From the NCBI GenBank assembly GCA_023334545.1, contig JAADVB010000153.1:1-46219 (forward strand): 46,219 nt of DNA. Direction: 5' to 3'. A model generated the notes under the pieces. The model did no database searches, was not told the DNA's origin, and was given only the letters and a program-made list of their open reading frames with translations. This stretch comes from Salisapilia sapeloensis CBS 127946. Lineage: Eukaryota; Protista; Oomycota. Positions 21,565 to 33,641 of the stretch are shown one piece after another (positions within the stretch are counted from its first letter, which is position 1; each line of letters opens with the position of its first letter). The position numbers were made by a program, and so were the translations under genes.

Positions 21565-23115
21565 ATGTCTCCAGCCGCCACTGTTGCCTGTGCCATGGGC
21601 GTCGCCGATTGTGCCATTGACCACACCGGAGCTTGCGCTAACTACAATGGCGAGTATACAAACCTGCTTGGCGTCGACTGGCTCATCGTACTTGCCTTCC
21701 TCATCATGGCTGTGTATGCATTCTACATTGGTGCAAACGACGTTGCCAACGCCTGGGGTACGAGCGTCGGATCCAAGGCGATTACCGTCCGATGGGCCTG
21801 CATCATCGCTGGCCTCATGAACTGGTTGGGTGCTGTCACCCTCGGATATGGTGTCTCGACTACCATTGAGAACGGCGTTTCGGACATTAACGATCCTGAA
21901 TGCTGGGCCTGTGGATATTGTGACTCATCGGTCAGTGTGTACGGCATTGCCATGTTCGCAGCTTTGATCGGTGGTGCCATCTTCATGATGCTCGCGACCT
22001 TCACGCGCATGCCAGTATCCACCACACACGCCATTGTCGGTGGTGTGGTTGGTGTAACGATTTGGGGCGCTGGTGGAAACTGCCTCAACTGGGCATGGAA
22101 CGGTGGTCTCGGTGGCATCATCGCCTCATGGGTCATCTCACCCGTACTCTCGGGTATCATTGGCGTCATCATCTACTACATTACCGAGTTCACGATCTTC
22201 CGTGCCAAAACCCCAGATCGTAACGCCATGGTTGCTGTTCCAATCCTATACGGACTCGTCGGCTTCATCCTTGTCTTCCTCATTATTCTCAAGTCCAAGC
22301 ACACGAAGCAATGGAACAAGGGTATCATGGTCGCTATTTCTGCGGCGGTCTTCGTCGTTGCTGCTGCTGCTGCTCAATTTTTCCTCGTTCCTTTCATTCG
22401 CAAGCGACTTCCTTCCAACGGTGGCCAGCTTGATGCCGAAGACCCGAACTCACACAAACTCGTCACCACACCTGCCGCCGATACGAAAGATGCTCTTACA
22501 GAAGAAAATGCCACGGAGAACCGTGTATCGATCGCTGAAAGTGTTATCAGCCAGACTGAAAAGGAGTTCCGCGAAGAAGAAGACTCCAAGTCAATAGAGG
22601 AGAAAGATGCTCTCTTCACCTTCCGCTATCTCATTGTTCTCGTGGCTGCTCTCGAGTCGTACGCACACGGAACCAACGACACTGCCAACGCCACCAGTGC
22701 TCTCAGCGCTGTCTACAATGTATACGACAACGGTCTCGATTCGTGCTCGCCCAAGTCGACCCAAGTGTGGATCATGGCCATTGCTGGCTTCATGGTTTTC
22801 GTTGGTATCAATGTCCAGGGCCATCGTGTGATGAAGACGATCGGTCGTAGCATTTCGATCGTAAACATGCACCGTGGTTTCTGCATGGAGCTCGCATCGA
22901 CCGTGACGGTTATTATCGCCTCGCTGCTTAAGCTTCCGGTGTCAACGACGCACTGCCAAGTGGGTGCCGTCATCTTCATCAGCATGGCTGCTCTTGGACC
23001 AAAGAAGGTTTCGTTCGGTATGGCTGGCAAAATTGCCATCGCTTGGGTTGTCACACTCCCATTCGCTGGTGTCGTCGCTGCTGCCTTCGGTGCGCTCTTC
23101 AAGCTTGCACTGTAA
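21565..23115 (+). CDS. PiT/PHO4 (SLC20, PHO89-like) inorganic phosphate transporter, 516 aa, intronless
   Basis: Signatures GANDVANAWGTSVGS and HGTNDTANA, two PVSTTH motifs, and a long central hydrophilic loop. Confidence 0.95.
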   Translation: MSPAATVACAMGVADCAIDHTGACANYNGEYTNLLGVDWLIVLAFLIMAVYAFYIGANDVANAWGTSVGSKAITVRWACIIAGLMNWLGAVTLGYGVSTTIENGVSDINDPECWACGYCDSSVSVYGIAMFAALIGGAIFMMLATFTRMPVSTTHAIVGGVVGVTIWGAGGNCLNWAWNGGLGGIIASWVISPVLSGIIGVIIYYITEFTIFRAKTPDRNAMVAVPILYGLVGFILVFLIILKSKHTKQWNKGIMVAISAAVFVVAAAAAQFFLVPFIRKRLPSNGGQLDAEDPNSHKLVTTPAADTKDALTEENATENRVSIAESVISQTEKEFREEEDSKSIEEKDALFTFRYLIVLVAALESYAHGTNDTANATSALSAVYNVYDNGLDSCSPKSTQVWIMAIAGFMVFVGINVQGHRVMKTIGRSISIVNMHRGFCMELASTVTVIIASLLKLPVSTTHCQVGAVIFISMAALGPKKVSFGMAGKIAIAWVVTLPFAGVVAAAFGALFKLAL

Positions 23116-23354
23116 GCTACTCATTCGCCTTGGTTCCACGATCGATGGAACCAGTCACGTTCCTTCTAGTTTGATATCGAACTTAGAACAGGTTAGCTGT
23201 AGGATATCAGAATACATCTGAACCTGGATTGGCTGTTAAATTATGTAGTTGTCGTCAAGGTTGGATATAGCTTGAATTTCCACAGCTTAGGTTGTCGTGC
23301 GGATATCATGTAAAAGACAACACAACGTTGTCACCACAAAACACGAATTGGAGC

Positions 23355-23516
23355 ATGGCAGGCTTTGGTCAATGGATGATGAATAACCGATGGCGTTTGC
23401 TATTTGGTATGCAAGGACTAACGATGTGTGCTATCTATCTTGAGCGTACTCAACAGAGCAAGGACCATACGACTCAGGAAGTACCTTCTAAAGAGTCCTC
23501 GTCAGCGCAGAAATGA
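23355..23516 (+). CDS. Candidate 53-aa single-helix microprotein
   Basis: ATG 23355 gives MAGFGQWMMNNRWRLLFGMQGLTMCAIYLER plus a polar tail; AATAAA lies just after the stop; it sits in an otherwise empty gap between two genes. No family recognised. Confidence 0.3.
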   Translation: MAGFGQWMMNNRWRLLFGMQGLTMCAIYLERTQQSKDHTTQEVPSKESSSAQK

Positions 23517-23638
23517 ACCGAGACAAAATAAACATGGAGATAGATGTGCAGCGCTGTCTTTTATGCATTATCTCTAGTTTTGCAATCTACCATGGATATC
23601 TTACAAATGAATACACAATGTATTCATATGTACATGCT

Positions 23639-26600
23639 TTATTCCTTGGTGGTTTTACGAAGTTCTCCGCTACACTGGTCATCCTCTTTGGGAACGTCTA
23701 CTTTCGCTAATTCTTCATCCTCTGAGTACTTTTTTTCTTCAGCATGCTTATCTTTACTGTCTGAGCTAGCCGCCAACTCGGTTGTGCGACTATCTGTAAC
23801 TCCGTTCGGTATCATCTCCGTCGTCGGACCAGCGGATTTGATATCCTCTTCTATCGACTTGGCCTCACTGTGCCTACTAGAATAAATCGAGGCTCTTCGC
23901 AATCTCACTTGTGCAATTGTTGCGTCTACCACACCAAATAGCCTGCGACGAATTATGGCTCTTCGTATCACGGACTGAATTCGTATAGCAGCGATCACTG
24001 AATGTAGTGACCGCTGACTAGCTTTAGGCATACCATTCTTTCCCAGTAGATTCATTCGATTAACTGTGCGTGATGATCTTGAAAAAAAGCTGTCATTGCT
24101 TTTAGGCGGCAAAATAACTTCACCACGTTCGGTTGCAATTCCTCGCATCAAACGTTCAGACGCTGCCACTAAAAACGCATTAAAGCTGACTCCATTCGTA
24201 GATATCACCAGATTCAACTGGCGAATCCATCGATCCACATCTCTTCGAAGTGGGCGTGATAAGAACATCATGTCGTTAGCATTTGTTACTGTTGGGCCAA
24301 TGGGAAGTGGCAGTTCATAAGCAAATTTGACAAAGTCGTGATGAGATAGATATCCCGTCGCAAGGGGGTCAAATTGTTCCCACAACCTCGCAACAATAGA
24401 CAAATCTTCCTTTGTTATTGCTGACGCATTCTTCTCCGTCGTCTCTTCAAAGCCTTCTAAGATGACAGCAACGAACAGATTCAACAAGACATACGATGCA
24501 ATGAGCATGTACGACACAAAGTAAATGTACGTTATGGTGACCCCAGGCGTGCATCCAATGGTTAAATTCGGGTCACCACGCTCTTGTCGCACTACCACGA
24601 GTGTACTGTAATCATAGTCATCAACACATCCTTCTCCCCCCTGAGTCATGTCAAGCTCATCACTATCTGAATCGACCATGAGGTCGTACATGACATCATT
24701 CCATGCTTCTCCTGTCGAAAAGCGAAAGAGCGTGATCATAGCGTAGCTGAAATATTGGAAGTTGGCATGCTCGTTTAATGCCTCTCCGAGTCGTATGCCA
24801 GCAAAAAGCTGAACACCTGTCACTGCGTACACAAACATGAGGAGAAAAAGGAGTGTCGACACATTTATCAGAGCCGGCATGTTGTCCATTATAGTCATCA
24901 AAATGTTCTGCATACTTTGAGCTCCTTTCATAAGTCGTAGAGCAAGACCCATGCGAAAGCCACGCAAAGTGTTTGCGATTGGTGAAACCTCACCTGGCGT
25001 GGTAAGTGTGATAACTAGAGAGATCGTGCTACCACAGACGACAGCAAAGTCGAAACAATTCCACCGGTCTCGAAAGTACCTCTGAATGCCCAACCCAAGA
25101 AATTTGACTACTGCTTCAGCAAGAAATATGAACCAAAAGAACATATTTCCGTAGTGTTGAATTTCTGTCATCATGTTGGACTGCCGAAAATGAGTCATGG
25201 CAAGTAGAATAGTGTTACTTCCGACGCATGCAGCAACAAATGGCTCAAATCGACGGTGCTGTGTAAGTCGAAAGCATTTAAGTCTAAATAGACTCGTCGG
25301 TTCAGGCAACTTTGGTCGAAGTTTTGTATTCCGAATGACTTCCTGGATTTGAAGCCACTCTCGCTGGGTCTCACTTTCATCATCATCTAAAACGATGCTG
25401 TCACGCAAACGATTAAAGTTGTCAATTACAGCACCAACAACCAAGTTGAGCGTGAAGAAGTCACCGATAATGATGAATACTAGGGACAAGTGTCAAGCAG
25501 TCAATAACATGATCGATTGATCGAAGAGCAATTGACGTACCGATAAAGAAGAAGATGTATCCGCGATGCATATTCTCAACTGGATGATAACCAATTTCTG
25601 TTGCGTCAACACCTTGAAACATGACATCTACCCACCCTTCGGTAGTTGCTAACTCAAACATGGTCATCACTGACTGAAAGAGATTGTCGTAGTTCCGGTT
25701 GTACCGCAACCATCTACCACCGTATGCAAGGCAGTCTTCCTTTGAGAACAGTTTCTTAAAGTTAAGAGACGAAAAGCCATACATGTCTTCCAACTCATTC
25801 ATGCGTTCAGCGGAAAAGGAGCTCATATCACAATAGTACATGCGGCCTTTAAATAAATTAACGCCGATGATACCGAAGATAAAGAATATCAGTAGGCACA
25901 CGAGGCACACGTTCGCGATGCATGGGATACTTGATAGTAGCGCATTTACTACGCGTTTCATTCCTGGGACACGACTTATCATTCGCAATGGTCTCTATGA
26001 CATGTAGGTTGGTAACTTAATACACAGATGAGTACAGAGAAGGTATAATACCAGAGCACGCAGCGTACGGAAAGCTCGAAGAGTGCGTAGTGCTTTACTG
26101 GACGTAAATAGTGTCGAGACGGAGCTTATAAGAATAAGAAGATCCAATGCGTTCCACGGATCTCGTATATATGACCGCTTGCCATTTAACAGAAAGCCCA
26201 TATCGACTACCTTTACCACCATTTCAATGGAGAAAGCGCACGTAAACATGATGTCCATTGTCGCTAGAACTTGTGATATTGTGGTCTCAGGGTCGCTAAT
26301 AGGATTGTCGATGGCCAACTGTACGCTACTTGCTGCAATAAAGAAGAGCACAAGACCTTCAAAACATTGATGATTTGCAATAAGCCCACACCACTTTCGA
26401 AGCCGATTTGATCTGGAGAATAGAAATAGAGACCGGTCTTGATAATAGAAAGGTGTTCTGGATGTAGCAACTCGTACATCTGATGCTGAACGTAAAGTGG
26501 TTGATTCTTCGACAGCAAACGAACGGGTATGTAGTGATGTTGTTCCTTTATAAGACTGTAGAACCCCTGCACTCTTGCTAGCTGCTTCTCTGTTCAACTT

Positions 26601-29600
26601 TCTTGCGGAAGCTATATGCTCGTGTATAGGATTGGTATCGTTATAGTCATCTATTCTTCCCTCCGAGGTTACCGAATCTGGATACATTCCCACTCGCGCT
26701 GTCGATCGTCGCTTCCAGCGATTTCGCCGAGGAGGTGCAGCAGCGAGCTGTGCAGTCTTGATATCTTCTAATAATTGTAGTTGAGGAACAATTGCATTGC
26801 GCTTGTAGGACTTTTGATGCAAAAATGGAGCTGGTGGTTGTGGACATTGGCTCCGTTCGTTCAGCTTTTGACTAGACCCTCCGCTTTTTACAGTCGCTTG
26901 CTCAACAACTACGTCTTCTGCCGTACTAAAGTTGCCGAGAAGAATGGCTAGAAACAGGTTGAGCACGATGATATTACCGAATATCATTACACCAATAAAG
27001 TAGAACATTGCGCTCCATCCAACCGCACGAATGCCATCATACATGACAAAATTCCAGCTTTCTTCGGTAAGCAGTTGAAAGACTGTCGTGAAGGATGATA
27101 GAATGTCATCAAAGTTGGATCTCTTAACTGTGTAAGGTTGTTCCGGTGTCCATGGTGCGTGTGGAGGGGATGTGTAGTTGTACACATGTGGTTGCCACTC
27201 TACAAACTCTCCTGCCTCATTGAAGCGATATTTGGCAGCAAAGAATTGCATACCGATTAGTGCAAACACATACATGAGAAGGAGCAATAACAAGCCGAAG
27301 TTTGCCACATCCGCAAGGCTATTGATCATCTGGACAGTGAAAAATATTGAAATAAGTAGATAGGCAAGAAAATTCCAACATATCATCACATACCGTCTGA
27401 ACAAGTTCCCGTAAAGACGTCCAAGATCGAGCGAGCTTCATCACTCGAAAGAGCCGAAAGCTTCGTAGTGCCGATATGCCCGTGGTTGAACCACCTGGAT
27501 GAGCAGCGTCGATGACCATCTCCACGATGCTAATGCATACAATCACCCCATCAAAAAGATTATAGCCGTCCTGCCTATACTCCTGCCATCCGAGCCCGAT
27601 GAGCTTGATAATCATTTCAAAAATGAAGACGAAAGTCAAGCAAGAATTGACGCCTTCCCGAACTTGATCCTCACTTGGCTTTGAAGGGTATTCTTCCAGC
27701 GCCAGACATAGCGTATTGACCAAGATACAGAAGGTGATGAAATATGAAAAGCGATTACTCTAATGTAGTCATGAAAGCACCTTAGTCGTAATTTTTCAAG
27801 AAAATAGAAGAGAACGTCAAAATTACCACAGCGACGGATCGGCACAAATCTCGGAAGCGCTTGAATGCACTATTGTTGTTGACGACAACCATTGTGCTCT
27901 CCAAATTGCTTTTGATAGATAACCCGAACGCATTCTTCTTTTTGACTGACTTGTTTTCCTCGTCGGTTTTTGCCTCCACGCATGACTTGGATCCACCTCG
28001 ATCAAGCCTCGTTTGATTTTCTTCATCTACATGCCAGCCGCTACCTGCCGCATCGCTGACTGCATTAAATCTCTCCCAAATCACAGCGAAGACGAACTGG
28101 AGAAGGAAAAAAGCACCAATAATCGTGAAAACAACAAAGTAGGAGGTCGCAAATATCCAGCTTTGCGCATCTTGATACTATCATTGTCGTACACTTATTA
28201 TTTAAAATCTAGCATAAAATAATTATAAGATACTTACATCGTACATTACTTCCGTCCAACCTTCAAGGGTTATGCACTGGAAGAGAGTGAGAACCGCATG
28301 ACCAATGTGATCGAAGTTGGTGAACGCGTACTCCCAAGTCTCAAACGGTGACAAGTTTTCCAAATCGACCGAGGTTCCTGCTGGAGGGTTGTACACAGAC
28401 CCACAGTATTGTCCACTAGGGCAAGTATATTCACCTCCACAAAGCTTTCCATCACCAGCTAAAGGCCATACTCCATTAACAGGAAATGGTGTCGATCTAC
28501 ATCGATAATGAAGAGCGCCATTCCAAAATAGAACACCTAGGATACCAAAGACAGTGAAGACGAAGCCCAAGATCACTATCACATTAAACAACGCTGGGAT
28601 GGCGGATAAAAGCGCATGCATAAGCATTCTCATGCCTTTTAAGTTGCTCAACGTTCGCAGTGGTCGAAGTATACGAGCTGAGCGCAATATCGAGATTTTA
28701 GGCACGCCTGGTAAGTCACTGATCGCTCCAAAGAGGACGACAACAAAGTCGAGTTGGTTCCAGTGGCTTCGTAGGTATGAACCTCTGCCAAAGACAAGTC
28801 CCATTCCGATAACCTTCAAGATGCATTCAATTGCGAAGATGTACGTGAAGACAAAGTCAAAACCGTCGGCTAATTGGTTGTACATATCCGGATCAATGTT
28901 CCCATTTTCATCTGGAATAATACCTGGGTCAAGGTAATTTCGAAGTGCTAATGAGATAGAGTTGACGATAATGCAGAATAAAATGAACCTGTCGAACCAC
29001 TTCCAATCAATCAACCAAACGACTGCTAGTCGCAACGGGTTCTCGCAATCCAGTACAAATAATGAAAACTCCGCGTATCTTCGCTTGTGCCCATGCACGA
29101 TAAAGTTGTACTCCAACAAGCCCAATTCACGAATTCCATCGTTAAATTCGGCATATGAGATCTTACCACTGTGGTTATCGTCGAACTTGTAGAACATGTA
29201 CTGAAGTACACTTCCTAGTGTGGTTCGCCTACATTATTCAACCATGTGCATTAGTATTTTCGCGATTTATTCAGTTATATCATTTTAACGTACCGCCTGA
29301 GCTCCTTCTTTATGAGATAAATGAACTTCATCTCAAGGGTAGTAATAGTATTTTCGTCCTTCGAAGCTCTCCATGACTTGGCGCGCATCGTATCGCGAAT
29401 TGACCTTGCTCGAAGCTGTGCTCCTTCCTGATTAGCACGCTCCATTAAACTGGAGGCATATCTGCAGAATTCGTGAAAGTCGATAACGCCGTCGCCGTCC
29501 GTATCAAATACATTCCAAAGGCTTTTAACCGGTGCTTCCTCGGGGTCGTGTACTTCAATTCCTACCGTTTTCAGGATGGCTGCTAGACTTTTGCGTACCT

Positions 29601-30193
29601 TTATTGATATTCGTCGATTAGAACTTTTAGATGGTATTTTCACATCGTCCGCTTCATTTAAACTTTCCGAACTGCTGCTAGATATCGAGTGATTTGTCGA
29701 TGATGCCGATTTGTTCGATCCCAAATGACTCTGGCGATGCTCTGGAATGACCATACTTGAAATTGGTTGCCGTACGTCGTGCTCACCGATCATTTCCGCT
29801 TGGACAAGTGGTGGATGGCTGATTTCTTTATTTAAGCCATTATTGTCAGCAACTTCGATTGCTTCGCGCTGCTGGTGGTCTGATTTTGTTTCTAAACGAC
29901 CACCATCAATGCTATTCTTTGCATCACCAATCAAATCGTTTCGATCCAATGCACTCTTAGTTCCTTCCTCATCTCCATAAACTGCTCTTTTATCCTTTTC
30001 GTATACTTTTAAATCTATAAAGAGGCAAATGGATAAGAACTTGTCTTTGTATCGCTAGAGTATCCCAATCATATGAGGATTACATGTAGTACCATCCATA
30101 GTGTTAGCATCTCGTTCTGGATGGAGAGGTGGTAAACGATTTTGCCGTGTAGAAGAAGGACTCACCAATTTCCTTGGGTTGTCCATCTATCAT
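23639..30193 (-). CDS. Four-domain voltage-gated Ca2+ channel alpha-1 (EEEE filter) with two N-terminal EF-hands; 8 exons, ~2,009 aa
   Basis: Exons 30193-30166, 30014-29294, 29228-28238, 28177-27827, 27759-27394, 27329-26052, 25994-25541 and 25479-23639 all join in phase across GT-AG introns (total 6,030 nt). An alternative first exon from ATG 30186 is possible. Pore loops are CITLEGW, LLTEESW, ATTEGW and STGEAW. There are four Arg-rich S4 segments, and the C-tail has an EF-like WEQFDPLATG and an IQ-like AIRIQSVIRR. Confidence 0.9.
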
Positions 30194-30497
30194 GCTATTC
30201 GGAGTTACAATGTCGTTTCGTTTCTTTCAGTTGCTTGCAAGCTCAAGCGTACTGCCTCTCTTTAAAAGTGTCTTACTTCAGTACAAAAGCGGAAGGAGCA
30301 ATGTATGGGCACTAGCTGCTTAGCTTTCTTGGAAGATGAGCTTCTTTGGAGAAACTGCCCTGAATATTAAAAGGCGGAACCGTAACGTTTACAACTGATC
30401 GTAGTCTTGGGAACTATAAATACCTCGGACACAAATGAGCGTTGATACACTAATTAGCCTTCGAACATCTAGTGCGGCAACCATCTATCGCTAAACA

Positions 30498-33400
30498 ATG
30501 AATCCGGACGGTCAACATCATGAGCGTCACGGCTCCTTGATCACATCTCGTATTGAAACTATCACAGGTAATCGAGTTGGACGAAAACGAAAAGTAAGAT
30601 CGCGGTCACCTGGCAGTTTACAGCTTGAACCTTTGCCATTGTCAGTCAGACTGCTTTCACCGCGACTGAGTAAAGACCAAATGAAGTTGCTTTTACAGCG
30701 GAACCAAGAAATCAACTTGTCAGATTTTCATTTATCAGACAGTCCAGTGATTCCAGCTAGCCGATCGCCTTGTAAACACTTACTCGCTCCGCTCGAGATA
30801 GAGCATTTGTATCGCAAACGAGTTGTTTTTGACGAACATGGCGAGCTTAGTTATGAAGTTGATGAGATTTTATCTTTGAAAGAATTAAATGACACGATGA
30901 AGGAAGCAATATCACCACTAAATTTGGGGATACTCCCTAGAAAATGTACATATCAAGATGAAGTGGCACTCATGCCTTGCCATTCTTTGGCGTATCGGTA
31001 TTTGCCTCTTCGAATTGAGCAGTGGAAAGAGCCTGTACGTGATCGGTACAAAAATTGGAGAGAAGATGAACTTGAAAATATCTTGTCACTTCAAATGGAC
31101 ACCGACGTCTACAAAATGACAAATACTTTCCGACGCTGGACAGGCAAATGGAGACTGTGGGAATCGAAGAAATTACGCTTGAGGGAAGATAAGCTACACA
31201 AAATGGCTTTCCATACCTCTTGTAGATCCCCAGCTAGAAAGGAAGGGCAATCTACTTTAGACAAAGAAGTTCTACTTCATTATCAAGCTGCAATGATCAG
31301 CAAGACGTATGTGATCGCATCAATTTATGGAGTAGGTATATTTGGCCGAGTGTTTACTGATGGTTTGAAGGAGAAGCAGACGCATAGCCGCCAACTACGT
31401 ATTGACGCCTACGATCCTATTACGTGTCGACATTTTGGACTTGAGCTGACACTCGGCGATCTTGAGTTCCTATTTCAGAATCGAATGGAAATGCTCGGTC
31501 CTGGTAAGAAACGAACGCTATTACAAGAGATCATGAAACTTTTGTACTTTAAGTACCCACAGAACGAATGCATTTATCGAAGCGGTGATGATGGAAACGA
31601 AGACGGGAGTGAAATATTAAGTGTGAGGTCAGAACCTTGTACTCAAGAGATCGAATCAAATGCAGGCGAAGACACATTGCCTATCCTATGCATTTCAATT
31701 GAGCCTAGAATGAATGAGGCTCTACTACGTCGACTAGAGAGACAGGAACGACTTCGTCGGGAAGAGGAAGAGCGTTTGCGGCGATTAGCAGCCTTTATGA
31801 GTCTTCCTCGTCGGAAACGAAATCGTATTATATGCCTTCCGCTTAAATTACAAGGCTACAGGTTCTACATATCTGTCTATAACTTTCCGATGCAGGCAAG
31901 AAGCTTTGTAGTGATAGCTTACGATCCACTCACTTCAACCAACTTTCATTTGAATGTTAGTCTTGCAGATGCAGCAAAGTTGGCTTTTGTAAAGACTCCA
32001 TCTCATAAGTGGAACACCGAATTAAAGGCCAGTATTGCAAGCGCATTACTCCCTCATCTTCATCTAAAAGGACAACTGGCTATACAGAATCAAAATGCCA
32101 TATCCAGTGACAGTCAAGATTACCGTGAATATGCAGTCGCTCTGTGCATGAAAAACGAACGGAAAGGAGTCGTTATTCCTTGGGTCCTACCTAGACAACC
32201 AACAAATGAAGTAACCCAACTTTCCCAAATCCGCTTGGTTAGACGCAAAAATGAAGAATGCTCAGCCCGAGATGAATTTGTAAGAAAGGAAAAACGCATC
32301 AAATCGAAGTATTCCAAGATGCGAAGCGATTTAGAGGATCGTCTACGCGAACTAGAAGTTGAAAAGATGGAATTGAAAATTCGAGACTTAGAATTAAAAG
32401 AGATTATTGACGAAATCGACAGTGGGGAGCATATGAAGGAAGTAGGCATGATGAGTCAGCCCATGGCTGATCTGGATACAAAGCGAAAGGGTCAAATGTC
32501 CAGAAAGGCTCACAAACATGAACGCAAAGCAACCAAAGCGACTTTAACGCTGAACAAAACTAAAATATCAGCACTTAAAAAAGAAATAAGTGCTTTGAAT
32601 GAAGAGGAACGAGAAAACATGGAGATGCTTAAGAGTCGATTTGATCGATCAATAGCAGCCGCTTGTGCAACAGTGGATGATAGTACTCAGTCAAATTATT
32701 GTAACGAAGTGGACGCTCGAACGCGATGTACCCGTACGCACGGGTTGAATACAAGGAACCGGTACTTGAGTAAAGCTCACATACGAAATGGACAAAGATT
32801 TATATCAAGTGGAACCTGCAGATTATTTGATAGCTACTATCGATATTCGATCTTTCAAGTCGATTCTATGTATTCTTGTGCTACAATCGTTGATTCGAAT
32901 GTAGATCAAGAGCCATTCGACGAAGGTATCTTGCTTTCAGTTGAATTTTACGAAGGGAGTGAAAGTAGGAGGCTACATATACGTTTGACGTGTTTAGAAT
33001 GGATTCTCTTCTCAAAAAAGTCACATGAGAAGCAGCTTTTGATACCGGAATTTGCTCTTTCAATGTCAGCTGAGATAGAAAAATTGGTAGAGCATAGGCA
33101 TCGCATGGCAGAATGCCAAACCGAATTAAACAAGTTGAAAAGCTTTAGGCCGAAGAAGACGAAGAGCAAACAAGCGCAGATAAAGACGGAAATACAACAA
33201 CACTTACTTGAACAATCTCGTATCTATGCGAAAGCCCCGTGGAAGCAAGTTATACAAGAAATGATCCAACGGCTTAGCATTTGGTCAGATAAAGGCCTGG
33301 ATATAGATCGCACTATATATGAATCACCTTTATCTATTGTTTCAATTGCCGAAGATAATTCAGATAGCACCGAAGGAAACCTAGTTGAGTGCCAAGTTTC

Positions 33401-33614
33401 CGTAAAGTTTGTTTATCCCGAGCTTGTTTTTGTCGTTCAAACCCTTAAAACCAAAGGGATTTGGGAGATCGTACATCCAGATAGCAAAGAACTTGCGCAC
33501 GAATTGTCCAGGGTGACGTATCTCGAACAACAAGTACAGTTGGAGACTGCATGCCTGTCTTTACTCTTCTTTGCCACAGAATCAGGAAGTATTGGAATCC
33601 GCTTTGAGGAATAA
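30498..33614 (+). CDS. Unknown 1,038-aa protein with repeated beta-rich AYDP modules and coiled coils; intronless
   Basis: Long ATG-initiated ORF with the repeats LRIDAYDPITCRHFGLELT, FVVIAYDPLTSTNFHLNVS and LSVEFYEGSESRRLHIRLT, plus E/R/K-rich coiled coils. No family recognised. Confidence 0.85.
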   Translation: MNPDGQHHERHGSLITSRIETITGNRVGRKRKVRSRSPGSLQLEPLPLSVRLLSPRLSKDQMKLLLQRNQEINLSDFHLSDSPVIPASRSPCKHLLAPLEIEHLYRKRVVFDEHGELSYEVDEILSLKELNDTMKEAISPLNLGILPRKCTYQDEVALMPCHSLAYRYLPLRIEQWKEPVRDRYKNWREDELENILSLQMDTDVYKMTNTFRRWTGKWRLWESKKLRLREDKLHKMAFHTSCRSPARKEGQSTLDKEVLLHYQAAMISKTYVIASIYGVGIFGRVFTDGLKEKQTHSRQLRIDAYDPITCRHFGLELTLGDLEFLFQNRMEMLGPGKKRTLLQEIMKLLYFKYPQNECIYRSGDDGNEDGSEILSVRSEPCTQEIESNAGEDTLPILCISIEPRMNEALLRRLERQERLRREEEERLRRLAAFMSLPRRKRNRIICLPLKLQGYRFYISVYNFPMQARSFVVIAYDPLTSTNFHLNVSLADAAKLAFVKTPSHKWNTELKASIASALLPHLHLKGQLAIQNQNAISSDSQDYREYAVALCMKNERKGVVIPWVLPRQPTNEVTQLSQIRLVRRKNEECSARDEFVRKEKRIKSKYSKMRSDLEDRLRELEVEKMELKIRDLELKEIIDEIDSGEHMKEVGMMSQPMADLDTKRKGQMSRKAHKHERKATKATLTLNKTKISALKKEISALNEEERENMEMLKSRFDRSIAAACATVDDSTQSNYCNEVDARTRCTRTHGLNTRNRYLSKAHIRNGQRFISSGTCRLFDSYYRYSIFQVDSMYSCATIVDSNVDQEPFDEGILLSVEFYEGSESRRLHIRLTCLEWILFSKKSHEKQLLIPEFALSMSAEIEKLVEHRHRMAECQTELNKLKSFRPKKTKSKQAQIKTEIQQHLLEQSRIYAKAPWKQVIQEMIQRLSIWSDKGLDIDRTIYESPLSIVSIAEDNSDSTEGNLVECQVSVKFVYPELVFVVQTLKTKGIWEIVHPDSKELAHELSRVTYLEQQVQLETACLSLLFFATESGSIGIRFEE

Positions 33615-33641
33615 CATGAGATCATTTATTTTAAAAAATCT

